A stretch of DNA of 64,000 nt from Rhodanobacteraceae bacterium (GTDB taxonomy: Bacteria; Pseudomonadota; Gammaproteobacteria; Xanthomonadales; Ahniellaceae): contig JADJFT010000001.1 in the NCBI GenBank assembly GCA_016708465.1, forward strand, positions 249,680-313,679, read 5' to 3'. Of this stretch, positions 1 to 9,942 are shown piece after piece. Every line of letters begins with the position of its first letter. Position 1 is the stretch's first letter. The notes under the pieces are model-generated. The model saw only the letters and a program-made list of their open reading frames with translations. It did not search any database and was not told where the DNA came from. Made by a program: the position numbers and the translations under genes.

Positions 1-2816
1 ACTGGTGGTGCCGGCAAGTCTTCGGTGACCGATGAACTGTTGAACCGATTTCTCGCCAGTTTTCCGGACATGCGTATCGCCGTCATCTCGGTCGATCCGA
101 CTCGGCGTCGTACCGGTGGTGCGCTGCTCGGCGACCGCATCCGCATGAACTCGCTGCGCTCGAAGCACGTGTTCATGCGCTCAATGGCGACCCGTCGCCA
201 GCATGTCGCGACCAATATCGTGCTCAAGGGATTGCATCGCTTTCCTGCGTGGCCAAGGCTATGACTTGGTGATGGTCGAGACCGCTGGCATCGGGCAGAG
301 CGACTCCGAGATCGTCGATCTCGTCGATTTCCCGGTGTATGTGATGACCAGCGATTTCGGTGCGCCGAGTCAACTCGAAAAGATCGACATGCTCGACTAT
401 GCCGAACTCGTGGTGCTGAACAAATTCGACAAGCGCGGTGCCGAGGATGCTCTGCGTGATGTCCGCAAGCAGTGGAAGCGCAACCGCTTGGCGTTCAAGT
501 TGGCCGACCAAGATGTGCCGGTCTATCCGACTATTGCCAGCCAGTTCAATGATCCCGGTATCGGTTGGATGTTTTCAAACCTGTGCCGGCTGATGCGCGC
601 AAAGCTGCAGTTGCCCGAGTCGAAGTGGACGCCGCAGATCGATACCTCGCTGCGTGAGCCACGCGCCACCGTGCTGATCCCGGGCCAGCGGACACGCTAT
701 CTCGCCGAGATCGCCGAACAAGGCCGCGGCATCAACCGCATGATCGAATCGCAGTCGGAAACCGCGAGTCGGGCGCAGAGCTACTTCGACACGCTGCGTG
801 ACATTGAAGACCCGGCATTGCCAAAGGCGCTGGATCTCTACGCGGTTGCTGCATTGTCCGGCGAGAGTGATCGATTCCTGTTGACGCTGCGCCAACGCTA
901 CAACGACGCCATCAAATCGCTCTCGAACGATGCGCTGAATGTGCTGCGCGATTGGCCGATTCGGCGGGCCTCGATCACGAACGAATTCAATGAATACACG
1001 GTGCGTGACAAGGTCATCCGTGTCGAGAATTACCGCGAGTCGTTGTCGCACCAGAAGATCCCGAAAATCGCAGCGCCAACCCTGCGCGATTGGGGCGACC
1101 AACTGCGCTTTCTGCAAAAGGAAAACCTGCCGGGAGCCTATCCCTACACAGGCGGTGTCTATCCGTATCGCCGCAGCGGCGAAGATCCGACGCGCATGTT
1201 CGCTGGCGAAGGTACGCCAGAACGTACCAATCGCCGCTTTCATTATTTGAGCGTTGGTCAACCGACAGCGCGCCTGTCGACGGCTTTCGATTCGGTGACC
1301 TTGTACGGCGAAGACCCGGCACCGCGCCCGGATATTTTTGGCAAGATCGGCAATTCCGGGGCTCGCCACGCTCGACGACATGAAGAAGCTGTATTCGGGC
1401 TTTGACCTGTGTGCGCCAACGACCTCGGTGTCGATGACGATCAATGGGCCGGCGCCGATGATCTTGGCGATGTTCATGAATACCGCGATCGATCAGCAGA
1501 TCGAGAAATATCTGCGTGCCGATCAGTCACGTTGGGACCGCGCCCACGACATCATCGAAAAATGCTACGAAGGCCGCCATCGCCCGAGTTATCACGGCAT
1601 GTTGCCGGACGGTAACGACGGCCTCGGTCTCGGCCTGCTCGGTATCACCGGTGACCAAGTGGTGGCGCCCGAGATCTACGCGAACATCAAGGCGGAGACC
1701 CTGCAATCCGTTCGCGGTACCGTGCAGGCCGACATTCTGAAAGAGGATCAGGCCCAGAACACCTGCATTTTCTCGACCGAATTCGCGCTGCGTATGATGG
1801 GCGACATCCAACAGTATTTCGTCGATCAGAAGGTTAGAAATTTCTACTCGGTATCGATCTCCGGATATCACATTGCCGAAGCCGGTGCGAACCCGATTTC
1901 GCAACTCGCATTCACGTTGTCGAATGGGTTCACGATTGTCGAGTACTACCTCGCGCGCGGCATGAAGATCGACGACTTCGCGCCGAATTTGAGCTTCTTC
2001 TTCTCGAACGGCATGGACCCCGAATACACCGTGATCGGCCGTGTCGCACGCCGCATTTGGGCACGCGCCATGCGTGAACGCTACGGCGCGAATGAGCGCA
2101 GCCAGATGCTCAAGTACCACATCCAGACATCGGGGCGCTCGCTGCATGCGCAGGAGATCCAGTTCAACGACATTCGCACAACCTTGCAGGCGCTGTACGC
2201 CCTGTTCGACAACTGCAATTCGCTACATACAAATGCCTATGACGAAGCGATCACCACACCCACCGAGGAGTCGGTGCGGCGTGCCGTTGCCATTCAGTTG
2301 ATCATCAACCGCGAGTTGGGTCTGAACTTCTGCGAGAACCCGTGGCAGGGCAGCTTCGTGGTTGAAGCATTGACCGATATCGTCGAGGAGGCGGTGTACA
2401 AGGAATTCGAGGCGATCAGCGAACGCGGCGGCGTGCTCGGCGCGATGGACACGATGTACCAGCGCGGCAAGATCCAGGAAGAGTCAATGTTCTACGAGCA
2501 GAAGAAGCATGATGGCTCGCTGCCGTTGATCGGCGTCAACACCTACCTGCCGCGCGAACACGCCGGTGAAGTTGCGACCGAGATCGAACTCATCCGTTCG
2601 ACGCCGGAAGAAAAACAGCAGCAGATCGACAATGTGCTGACGTTCCAGTCGTTACGTAACCACTATGCCGCCGACGGCCTGACCGAATTGCAGTCCACCG
2701 CCCGTCGTCGCGACAATCTGTTCAACGCGCTGATCGAAGCGGTGAAGACGCATTCCCTCGGCCAGATCAGCCACGCGCTCTACGACGTCGGCGGTGAATA
2801 CCGCAGGAATATGTGA
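1..2816 (+). pseudogene. icmF: IcmF-type fused isobutyryl-CoA mutase (MeaB-like G-domain plus B12-dependent mutase barrel). The 5' end lies outside the window. The frame is broken twice by +1 insertions, possibly assembly errors.
   Basis: Frame 1 from nt 1 reads [14 protein letters not shown] (P-loop). ORF 203-1405 continues with [16 protein letters not shown]...VVLNKFDK (G-domain). ORF 1338-2816 is the mutase barrel ([28 protein letters not shown]...). Frame switches sit at GGG 228-230 and GGGG 1358-1361; removing one G at each gives ...[17 protein letters not shown]... and ...[13 protein letters not shown].... Confidence 0.85.
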
Positions 2817-2825
2817 GGCGGGGCG

Positions 2826-3000
2826 ATGGACATCGAACGTATTTTCGAAACGCTCAACGTCGCTGGCGTTCGCTATGCGTGCGTCGGCGGTGTCTTTGCC
2901 TCGAACGCATTGTCGCGTCGCCGGCATCGAACATCTGGTGAAAGTGAAGCAAATCGCAGGGCGAGCCAAAGACCAGAGTGACATTCGAGTATGCCGATCC
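2826..3000 (+). pseudogene. Decayed remnant of a small nucleotidyltransferase-fold protein: N-terminus and C-terminus retained, middle missing.
   Basis: ATG 2826 gives MDIERIFETLNVAGVRYACVGGVFASNA, then runs out of frame. The adjacent frame reads IEHLVKVKQIAGRAKDQSDIRV. The pair resembles the start (..V.Y.L.GG.A) and end (L..L...K..AGR.KD..D) of small nucleotidyltransferase/MNT-like proteins, with roughly 100 codons absent. This is recognition from memory of the family pattern only. Confidence 0.3.
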
Positions 3001-3166
3001 TCACATGGCGCCATTGGTGCGGTCGCTGACACCGCACTCACGCGGGCAATCTGGGCCTCGATCCGGGCCATGACTTCCTCATGCGGATGCTCGGCCGTAG
3101 GTCGTCGATGGTGGCCTGAATCTCGGCGGCCAGCCATGCGGTGTGGTTCTCCTGGGCCGCGGTCAC
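3000..3166 (-). pseudogene. Frameshifted remnant of a small RHH/ParD-like 'stability determinant' antitoxin.
   Basis: The minus strand reads VTAAQENHTAWLAAEIQATIDDLRPS, then in the next frame IPHEEVMARIEAQIARV. The pattern (W....v.a.idD.rp.IPHeeVmA.i.a.I) is typical of short antitoxin-like proteins. No intact N-terminus or clean stop is present. Confidence 0.25.
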
Positions 3167-3588
3167 TGCGCAGCCTCCCACGGATTGATGACGTTCAGCC
3201 CGGCCGCCTCAAAAGAACTGGTGTCGCGGGTGGCAACGGTGAAGCCGTTGGCAAGGGCGACGGCCGCAATGAAGGCGTCGGCCGTTTCGATGGCCAAGCC
3301 AGCAGTGCGGGACTTGGCCAGCAGCTCGGCATACGCCTTCGTACAAGCCATATCGAACGACAACACCCGATTGGCGAACATCGGCAGCAGTCGCTTTTCC
3401 AAGTTCTCATGCAGGCCGTCCCGGCGCTTTCCGGCTGGCATCAGCGCGATACCGGCACGCAGCTCGGCTACGGTGATCGCGGACAGATAAAGCGTTTCCA
3501 GCGCTTGCGCGTCGATCCAGTCAAGGACGCGGGTATTGGGCGCTTGACGCTGCGGCTCCGAAATCACGTTCGTATCGAGCAGAATCAT
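3163..3588 (-). CDS. vapC: PIN-domain ribonuclease toxin, VapC/FitB-like.
   Basis: 141-aa ORF MILLDTNVISEPQR...TVAELRAGIA...ATRDTSSFEAAG, with the conserved acidic PIN residues (LLDTNV, AE, ATRD). ATGA overlap with the upstream antitoxin gene. Confidence 0.85.
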   Translation of the reverse strand: MILLDTNVISEPQRQAPNTRVLDWIDAQALETLYLSAITVAELRAGIALMPAGKRRDGLHENLEKRLLPMFANRVLSFDMACTKAYAELLAKSRTAGLAIETADAFIAAVALANGFTVATRDTSSFEAAGLNVINPWEAAQ

Positions 3589-3842
3589 TCGAAGCTCACC
3601 GCACGGGCCGGAGACTTGATGCGCGCACGCTCAAACAAGGCGTGTTCTTCATCGGTCAGGCCGCCAGCCTCGCGGGCGATGGAAGCCAGGAACGAGCCGA
3701 GTTTCACGCGGCCCTCGGGCCTCGCTGCCTTCTCTAAGATGGAGCGGATTTCGGCCTCGGTGCTGCGGCCATGCTGGGCGGCTTGGATTCGGATGGCCCG
3801 ATGCACCTCATCGGGCAGATTTCTTACATTCACGTTTGCCAT
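3585..3842 (-). CDS. vapB: RHH/Arc-type antitoxin, VapB/FitA-like.
   Basis: MANVNVRNLPDEVHRAIRIQAAQHGRSTEAEIRSILEKA is the classic FitA/plasmid-stability RHH N-terminus. I prefer ATG 3842 over ATG 3857 because GGAG (3852-3855, minus strand) lies 9 nt upstream. Confidence 0.8.
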   Translation of the reverse strand: MANVNVRNLPDEVHRAIRIQAAQHGRSTEAEIRSILEKAARPEGRVKLGSFLASIAREAGGLTDEEHALFERARIKSPARAVSFE

Positions 3843-3863
3843 TTGGTATATCTCCATTCATGG

Positions 3864-3948
3864 CTATCAATGCACCCATTATATAGCAATGATATCAATC
3901 CATCTGCCCTTTGTGGCGGGCGCTGGTTAAATCGTAACTCATTGATAT
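3864..3948 (-). promoter_or_regulatory. Putative vapBC promoter/operator in a local AT-rich patch.
   Basis: Three copies of a 9-mer: ctatcaatg (3864-3872) and atatcaatc (3892-3900) are direct; cattgatat (3940-3948) is inverted. A minus-strand TATAAT lies at 3878-3883. The patch is clearly lower in GC than its flanks. Confidence 0.3.
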
Positions 3949-4182
3949 ACGGTCACTTGCAGTGAAAGTGCCTACGTCACAAGGCCTCGGAGAGTCTCGG
4001 TAGCCGCGCTATGAAGTCCCGCAGGGACAGCTTCGCTTCGCCACGCGATCCAGCACACTTTCGGACACAGTCAGGGTAGCGTTCGTTGCTCCATCAGCGG
4101 TTTCAGCTGCGGGCGGCTCAGAGCGAACGGGCGGGCGGGTGCGTTAAAGTTCGCGGCCAAATCTCAATATGAGCGCGCGTCC

Positions 4183-5100
4183 ATGTCCATTGCGGCCAGC
4201 TATCCCGTCGGCACTCCCGGAAAAGCCTGGGGCGACTCTGAAAAGTCCGAATGGCGTTCGCGCCAGCGCAAGCTGCGTAGTTACGCCGACGACGTGTTGA
4301 GCGTCGTCGAGCGGCTGCGCGATCGCTTCGACGTGCAGCAATATGGCGAAATCGGCTACGACGACGCGCATTACCCGCTGATGGCGATTCGTAATCGCGA
4401 TTGGAATGAGGCATTGCCGTATGTGCTGGTTACCGGCGGCGTGCATGGCTACGAGACCAGCGGCGTGCATGGCGCATTGCAGTTTGTCGCAGAGCACGCC
4501 GAGCGCTATGCCGGGCGTGTCAATCTGCTGGTCGCAGCCTGTGTCAGCCCGTGGGCATATGAGCGCATCCATCGATGGAACGCGAATGCGATCGACCCGA
4601 ATCGTGCATTCCGCGAACCCAGCCCAGCTGCGGAATCGGCAGCGCTGATGCGTTTCACCTTGCCGTGGCGCGATCGCTTCGTCGTACACATCGACCTGCA
4701 CGAAACCACCGATAGCGATGAAACCGAATTCCGCCCGGCGTTGGCGGCACGCGACGGCAAAGCGTTCGAGCCGGAAGGCATCCCCGATGGCTTTTATCTG
4801 GTCGACGACAGCGAAAACCCGCAGCCGGCATTCCAGAGCGCGATCATTACCGCTGTCGCACAGGTCACACACATCGCGCCGGCCGATGGCAAGGGCGAGA
4901 TCATCGGTTCCACCGTGGTGGCGCCAGGCGTCATCGAATATCCGTTCAAGCGACTCGGCCTCTGCGCTGGGATGACCCATGCACGCTACACCACCACTAC
5001 CGAGGTCTACCCGGACAGCCCGCGCGCCACACCCGAACAGTGCAACGCTGCGCAGGTCGCGGCGGTGTCTGCGGCGATCGACTTCATGCTCGCCGCATGA
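4183..5100 (+). CDS. M14-family zinc metallocarboxypeptidase (succinylglutamate desuccinylase/aspartoacylase-like fold).
   Basis: 305 aa with zinc ligand motifs GGVHGYETSG (HxxE) and HIDLHETTD. Confidence 0.8.
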   Translation: MSIAASYPVGTPGKAWGDSEKSEWRSRQRKLRSYADDVLSVVERLRDRFDVQQYGEIGYDDAHYPLMAIRNRDWNEALPYVLVTGGVHGYETSGVHGALQFVAEHAERYAGRVNLLVAACVSPWAYERIHRWNANAIDPNRAFREPSPAAESAALMRFTLPWRDRFVVHIDLHETTDSDETEFRPALAARDGKAFEPEGIPDGFYLVDDSENPQPAFQSAIITAVAQVTHIAPADGKGEIIGSTVVAPGVIEYPFKRLGLCAGMTHARYTTTTEVYPDSPRATPEQCNAAQVAAVSAAIDFMLAA

Positions 5101-5651
5101 CTGTCGTACTGACCGACTTTGCGCGCCCGCGCCTGTTCCCTCGTGAGCCAAGGCGCAACACCATCCAGGATATTTCGGCGGATGAGTTCGAGCGCTACCT
5201 CAACGCGCACGAACCGCTGAGGGTCGTGGATGGCTACGCGTCGTTTTGCAAGCTGCACGTCCACCGCAATTGGACCTCGACACGCTGCTTGACTGTGCCG
5301 ATCAACGACGCCAATCGCCACCTGTTGCGCTCGGACTACGAGGCGCGCAGCAGTACCGAATTACCGGTGCTGGTGCGCTGGTTCGAAGGCATCGAACCGC
5401 CGGTTGCCGACTATCTCGTCGCCATTCTCTACAGCCGCGAACAGATCGCGAAAGAGGGCACGTCAATCGTCGCAGACTGGGGCATCGTTGGCTGCATGTA
5501 CACCAGCGAACCTGAGGAAACACCGATGGCCCCGATCACGATGCTGCGTAATGCGCTGGGCGTCGACGAAGGCGGCTCGGGCGTGCCGATCGACCGTGAC
5601 GCTTACCAGCGCAGCGTCGAGTTCTGGCGCAGCCACGCGAATTGGCGATAA
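5097..5651 (+). CDS. Conserved hypothetical protein, possibly DUF3228-like.
   Basis: ATG 5097 overlaps the M14 stop codon (ATGA). 184 aa with ordinary composition and good codon-position GC pattern. Family assignment is uncertain. Confidence 0.6.
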   Translation: MTVVLTDFARPRLFPREPRRNTIQDISADEFERYLNAHEPLRVVDGYASFCKLHVHRNWTSTRCLTVPINDANRHLLRSDYEARSSTELPVLVRWFEGIEPPVADYLVAILYSREQIAKEGTSIVADWGIVGCMYTSEPEETPMAPITMLRNALGVDEGGSGVPIDRDAYQRSVEFWRSHANWR

Positions 5652-5676
5652 CACTGGTTGCCAGCACGCGATGACA

Positions 5677-5706
5677 CTTGCAGCAGCGCCGAGAAGCCGC
5701 TGCAAG
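5677..5706. terminator. Hairpin between convergent genes, possibly a bidirectional terminator.
   Basis: cttgcagc (5677-5684) pairs with gctgcaag (5699-5706). No U-tract follows. Confidence 0.3.
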
Positions 5707-5729
5707 CGACGATCTGCGATGCGCAATGA

Positions 5730-7439
5730 TTATTCGAGCGTGAACCACTGCACTTCGACGCGACGATTGAGATCACCGTCGCTACCGGCCGGTTCTTCCC
5801 AGCCGCGACCGACGACTTCGATGCGATCGGTGGCGAGCCCGGGGTGCTTTTTCAGCAGTGCATCGCGCACCGATTGTGAACGCTGACGCGACAATTCCAT
5901 CGCCTTCAACGCCATGCTGCGCACTAACGCTTGGCCACCCTCACGTTCGAATTCACCGATGCGGGCGTTGTCGACGTGGCCACGCAAGACCACGATCGAG
6001 CCGGGACTGACCTGCAAAAAGTTTTTGATCGAATCCAGATACCCGAGATTTTGTTGGGCATCGCGGTCGAGCGTCGCCGAGTTCGGTTCAAAGAAGAAGC
6101 GGATGTCCTTGCTTAACAGGGCATCGCCTTCGAGTGAGCTGCCTTCGCGCGTCTTGATCGGCGCAATGGCGATGGTCTGCTTCGCAAACTCGGCTTTGCC
6201 CTTGAGCGCATCGAGTTGCTTGGCATCAATGAAGCGTGCCGGATCCGCCGGATTTTTGATCAGCTTGCCGTAGGCCAGCACCGATGACTGGAAAATGCCG
6301 TTGAACGAACCGGCAGAATCGATGGTGCCAGCGAAGAACGCCTGATTCTCCGGCAGGTTGGAGAAGTGCACCTTTGAGAGTTCGTCACGGGTGTCGGCAT
6401 CACTCCACTTGAACGCCTTGGAGATGGTTGCGACATTCGCTGCGGGCTCGTCGCGCACCCGGCGATTACCGTCCAGCAGGCCGTGCACCAAGCCTTTCAC
6501 CCAGTCCGTATGTGCGGCCGCAAAGCCTTTGTTGACCACCAGCAGGTCGGCAATGATCAACAGGTTGCGGTTCGACACCAGCATCTTCGCCTTACCGGCG
6601 GACGCTTCGATCACCTCATCGGTGCGTGGCGACCAGCCGATGCAGCCGTTCAAGCGGGCACTGGCGTTGAGTTCGTGCTCGTAGGCATCGCAGGCGACGT
6701 CGTTGTCTTCGTAAAACACCAGACCGAGCTGGTCAGGATTCGGGCGTGCATCGAGATCGCGCAGCACCACCACCGGGACGTTCGCTTCGGAAGCGAGATA
6801 ACGGATGAAAAACTCACTTTCGTTGAACTGCGCGGCCGCCAGCACCTTGCCTTTGAGCTGGTTGATGCTGCTGATGCCGGTATCGACCACCACCATGTCG
6901 GCGCCGCGCGAGAATCCGATCTGCGCCGGCACCGTCACTTCAAACTGGCGGCCGAGCGCGGCCAACACGTCGGCAGTGGTTACGCTCGCGGCGAGCTTGC
7001 CGTTGTTGAGCTTGGACCAACTCTCTTCTTCGCTCAGTGTCAGGTGAACTTGGAAGCCATAATTTTTCGCGAAAAACGAGTCCGGGTTGGGATCGAGGCC
7101 GCCATTCGCGACCACCAGTCCGGCATATCCAGCGTATTCGCTGATGTCGACATCGATGACGGCTCCGGTCGGCTGATAGGTGGCGGCGGCATCCAGCGTC
7201 GGCAGACCGTCGACCGGTTCAATCGGTGTCGGGGCGTCGCCATCAACGGCAGGGTTCACCGTGGGATTTCCCGGCGTCGTGGATTGCGTCGTTGTCGACG
7301 TATTGGTCGCGTCGGCTGCTTTTTTGTCGCGCAGCATCAACCATCCGCCCATCGCGATCAGTGCCACGATCAGCAATAAGGTGATCGCCGTGCCGGCGGA
7401 ATTGCCACGCATCAAGAATCTGGATGATCGAGTGTTCAT
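5730..7439 (-). CDS. Inner-membrane-anchored protein: periplasmic-binding-protein-like domain plus C-terminal OmpA-like peptidoglycan-binding domain.
   Basis: 569 aa. N-terminal TM segment (AITLLLIVALIAMGGWLML), Thr/Pro-rich linker, central SBP-like region, and C-terminal OmpA_C signature (LSRQRSQSVRDALL...DLNRRVEVQW). The start overlaps the upstream stop (ATGA). Confidence 0.85.
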   Translation of the reverse strand: MNTRSSRFLMRGNSAGTAITLLLIVALIAMGGWLMLRDKKAADATNTSTTTQSTTPGNPTVNPAVDGDAPTPIEPVDGLPTLDAAATYQPTGAVIDVDISEYAGYAGLVVANGGLDPNPDSFFAKNYGFQVHLTLSEEESWSKLNNGKLAASVTTADVLAALGRQFEVTVPAQIGFSRGADMVVVDTGISSINQLKGKVLAAAQFNESEFFIRYLASEANVPVVVLRDLDARPNPDQLGLVFYEDNDVACDAYEHELNASARLNGCIGWSPRTDEVIEASAGKAKMLVSNRNLLIIADLLVVNKGFAAAHTDWVKGLVHGLLDGNRRVRDEPAANVATISKAFKWSDADTRDELSKVHFSNLPENQAFFAGTIDSAGSFNGIFQSSVLAYGKLIKNPADPARFIDAKQLDALKGKAEFAKQTIAIAPIKTREGSSLEGDALLSKDIRFFFEPNSATLDRDAQQNLGYLDSIKNFLQVSPGSIVVLRGHVDNARIGEFEREGGQALVRSMALKAMELSRQRSQSVRDALLKKHPGLATDRIEVVGRGWEEPAGSDGDLNRRVEVQWFTLE

Positions 7440-8293
7440 GACGAGGCTCCGGTGGATAAGGGCGGTGGCTTGCGGGCGCTGTTACGCACGCGTTCGGGGA
7501 GGCGCTGGGCGGTGCTCGACTCGAATACGCCGAGCAGGTCGCGCTGGCTATCGAGCCAGCGATGGGTTTCATTGAACGAGGTCGTCAGCGCATTTAACGA
7601 CGCGCCAACGGTGTCATCGTCGGAGGCGAGCAGTGCCTGCTCGCGGATCAGCGCGAGTTGGTGATCGATGCGCGCCAGTTCGGCTTCGACCTGTTCCAGT
7701 CGATTGGCTGCATCGGCATGGGCCTGCTGGCGTTGGTCGATGACTTGTTGCTGCTGTTCTAGGCTGCGCTTGAGTTCCGGGCTGATATTGACTTGGGGTG
7801 ATACGCGCAGCGATTTGTTTTCCTGGTCGGCAAGTTGCGTCCGTTCGCGCGCAGCGGTGTCGATGACGCGGTTGATCGAGACCAAGGCGACCAGCAGTCG
7901 CAGGTGCAGCCAGACCAATTGCTCGACACTGTCGCTCTGACTGTCGAGCAGCGGAGTGCGCTTTAGCGTGTCGAGGATCTCGCTGGCGCGGCGTTCGATC
8001 TCCTGATGGCGGCGCTTTTCCGGGTAACCGAGTTGCGCCACCATCTCGTCGTAACGCGTGTCCATCGGATTGACCTCAGCCGCGGACGCAACGTTGCCGG
8101 CATCCACGGTCTTGCGGAAGCGAACATTGCCGGCGAGCAGTTTCAGATAGCCGAGTTCGAGCCCGGCACCGACTAGCCACAGCCCCGGATTGACGAAGAC
8201 GCCAAGCAGACCGATCGCCGCCAGGCCGAACCAGTTGGGTGGCACCGGCATGCCCAGCGGTCGCGCATTGAAGGCGGCCCACCAATACTTCAT
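7436..8293 (-). CDS. Membrane protein with two N-terminal hydrophobic helices and a long Q/E/R-rich coiled coil; family unknown.
   Basis: 285 aa with FGLAAIGLLGVFV and GLWLVGAGLELGYL near the N-terminus, followed by heptad-like sequence (LEQQQQVIDQRQQAHADAANRLEQVEAELARIDHQLALIREQ). ATGA overlaps with both neighbouring genes. Confidence 0.75.
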   Translation of the reverse strand: MKYWWAAFNARPLGMPVPPNWFGLAAIGLLGVFVNPGLWLVGAGLELGYLKLLAGNVRFRKTVDAGNVASAAEVNPMDTRYDEMVAQLGYPEKRRHQEIERRASEILDTLKRTPLLDSQSDSVEQLVWLHLRLLVALVSINRVIDTAARERTQLADQENKSLRVSPQVNISPELKRSLEQQQQVIDQRQQAHADAANRLEQVEAELARIDHQLALIREQALLASDDDTVGASLNALTTSFNETHRWLDSQRDLLGVFESSTAQRLPERVRNSARKPPPLSTGASS

Positions 8294-9939
8294 GCATTGC
8301 CACCTTGAGCCAGCGCGCGCAAGGCGGGCGGCACGAACTGCATGTCGGTGGCTTCGCGAATCGCGATTCGCATCTGGAAGTCGAGTACATCCGCGGCGAC
8401 CGGTGGTTGATAGCCATCAAGGCAAGCGGCCAGCGCTGCGGCCGGTGTCTCATTCGCGGTACGCACGCGTCGATACACCTTAACCGACAGCGCTTCGGCA
8501 GCACCCGGCGTCAGCAAAGTCGGTAGCGCTAACGCATCCATGGCCTGCGGATCGATCGTGATGTCGAGACGTTTCAGCAAAGCGTTCAACAACGCGGCGC
8601 TCTCGGCCTGGGTGGTGGTTGGTAGCAAGGGCACTTTGACGTCGATTCGACCGGGGCGTTTTAGATCGACTTCGATCAGGTCCGGGCGCGACGTTGCGAG
8701 AATCCAGACCACGCGGCCGCGGTTCGATGCATCACTCATTTCCTGCGCGATCATCGAATACAGGCGACCGGACAAGCCGCTGTCGCCGCTGCCGGAATCG
8801 CGTTTGCCGAGGCTCTGGTCGGCCTCATCGATGAACACGATGCAGCGACCGAGCGCACGGATCAACCGGAAGATTTTCTCGAGGTTACCTTCGCTGGAAC
8901 CAACCCAGCGGTCGCGGAAGTTCTTGAGCTTCACCACCGGCACGCCAGCCTCGCCGGCGAGACATTCGACCAGAAAGGTCTTGCCGGTGCCGACCGGGCC
9001 GCAAAACAGGTAACCCATCGGCATCGCCCGCAAATCGTTCGCTTGCCATAGCGCGATGTCTTGGCGCAGCCAGGTCTTCAGTGCTTCCTGCGCGTGATAG
9101 TGCGCGAGCGTCTTGTTTGATTCGATAAATTCGATCAGACCGGCCGAATCTGCTTCGACCATTTGTTTTTTTGCCGCCACCCAATCGGATTGATTCAGTG
9201 GCTTGCCTTCATGTTCGCGCAGTTTTACCAATGCGTTCAATGCAGTCACGGTGACGCCGGCGAGCAGGGGTGCCGCCTTGCTGCCGTCGTCATCAACGAA
9301 CGCCTTGGGATTGTCGATACGCAGTTGCGCCAGCGCTTGTTCGATTACCGCGATATCCGGCAACGGCACGCGCACCCGCGCGACGCGCGGGTTGGTCGCG
9401 ATCAGTGGATGCAGATCGTTCAAATTGTCGGCAATCAGAAAACTGGCGAAGGGCAGGTCGGTGAATGGCGGTTCAGCGGCCCAATCGCGGACCATGCTGG
9501 CTAGGCTCGCGGTATCGAATTCGCCTTGGCGGTTCGCCGGCAGGATTTGGTCGGCACCGCGCAGGATGCATGCGATGTGTTCGACTTTGTCGCGGCCCAT
9601 GGCACTCAGGTTGGCGCGATAACGCAGATAACGCGTGATCAACTCGACCGCCGCGCGCGGTTCTCGCGTGTTTGCGCCGAGCAGTTGCGCCCCCGGCCAC
9701 TTCCGGAAGGCGTCGCTGGTGCGCGGCACGCTGAGGCCGTTGCCGGGGTCGTACAGGAATACCAATTCGAAGCGGGACAGCAGTTGCACATCGAGAAACG
9801 CAGTCAGTGACAAGAAGCGGCCGCGACTCGGGAAGCGGTCGGCGACGTTGCCGTACAGCACAAACTGTCCCTGCGCGCCGCTCTCGTAAGCCAGCGCAAG
9901 TTCACGAGCCCAGTTGGGTGCGTCGCTTTCGAGCGGCAT
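8290..9939 (-). CDS. Classical-clade AAA+ ATPase with a ~300-aa N-terminal extension.
   Basis: 549 aa. Walker A GPVGTGKT (nt 8977-9000), Walker B IVFIDEAD (nt 8818-8841), and second region of homology ATSRPDLIEVDLKRPGRID. No GAFTGA loop and no C-terminal HTH, so it is not a PspF-type enhancer-binding protein. Confidence 0.9.
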   Translation of the reverse strand: MPLESDAPNWARELALAYESGAQGQFVLYGNVADRFPSRGRFLSLTAFLDVQLLSRFELVFLYDPGNGLSVPRTSDAFRKWPGAQLLGANTREPRAAVELITRYLRYRANLSAMGRDKVEHIACILRGADQILPANRQGEFDTASLASMVRDWAAEPPFTDLPFASFLIADNLNDLHPLIATNPRVARVRVPLPDIAVIEQALAQLRIDNPKAFVDDDGSKAAPLLAGVTVTALNALVKLREHEGKPLNQSDWVAAKKQMVEADSAGLIEFIESNKTLAHYHAQEALKTWLRQDIALWQANDLRAMPMGYLFCGPVGTGKTFLVECLAGEAGVPVVKLKNFRDRWVGSSEGNLEKIFRLIRALGRCIVFIDEADQSLGKRDSGSGDSGLSGRLYSMIAQEMSDASNRGRVVWILATSRPDLIEVDLKRPGRIDVKVPLLPTTTQAESAALLNALLKRLDITIDPQAMDALALPTLLTPGAAEALSVKVYRRVRTANETPAAALAACLDGYQPPVAADVLDFQMRIAIREATDMQFVPPALRALAQGGNA

Positions 9940-9942
9940 CGA

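Noticed and set aside
2794-3930. 378-aa plus-strand ORF spanning the TA islet.
   Set aside because: It runs antisense through vapC and vapB, which have clear family signatures and an ATGA overlap. Only a ~20-codon stretch (IEHLVKVKQIAGRAKDQSD) looks meaningful, and that is explained as a gene remnant.
4144-5151. 335-aa minus-strand ORF.
   Set aside because: It lies antisense to the M14 peptidase gene and has no motifs.
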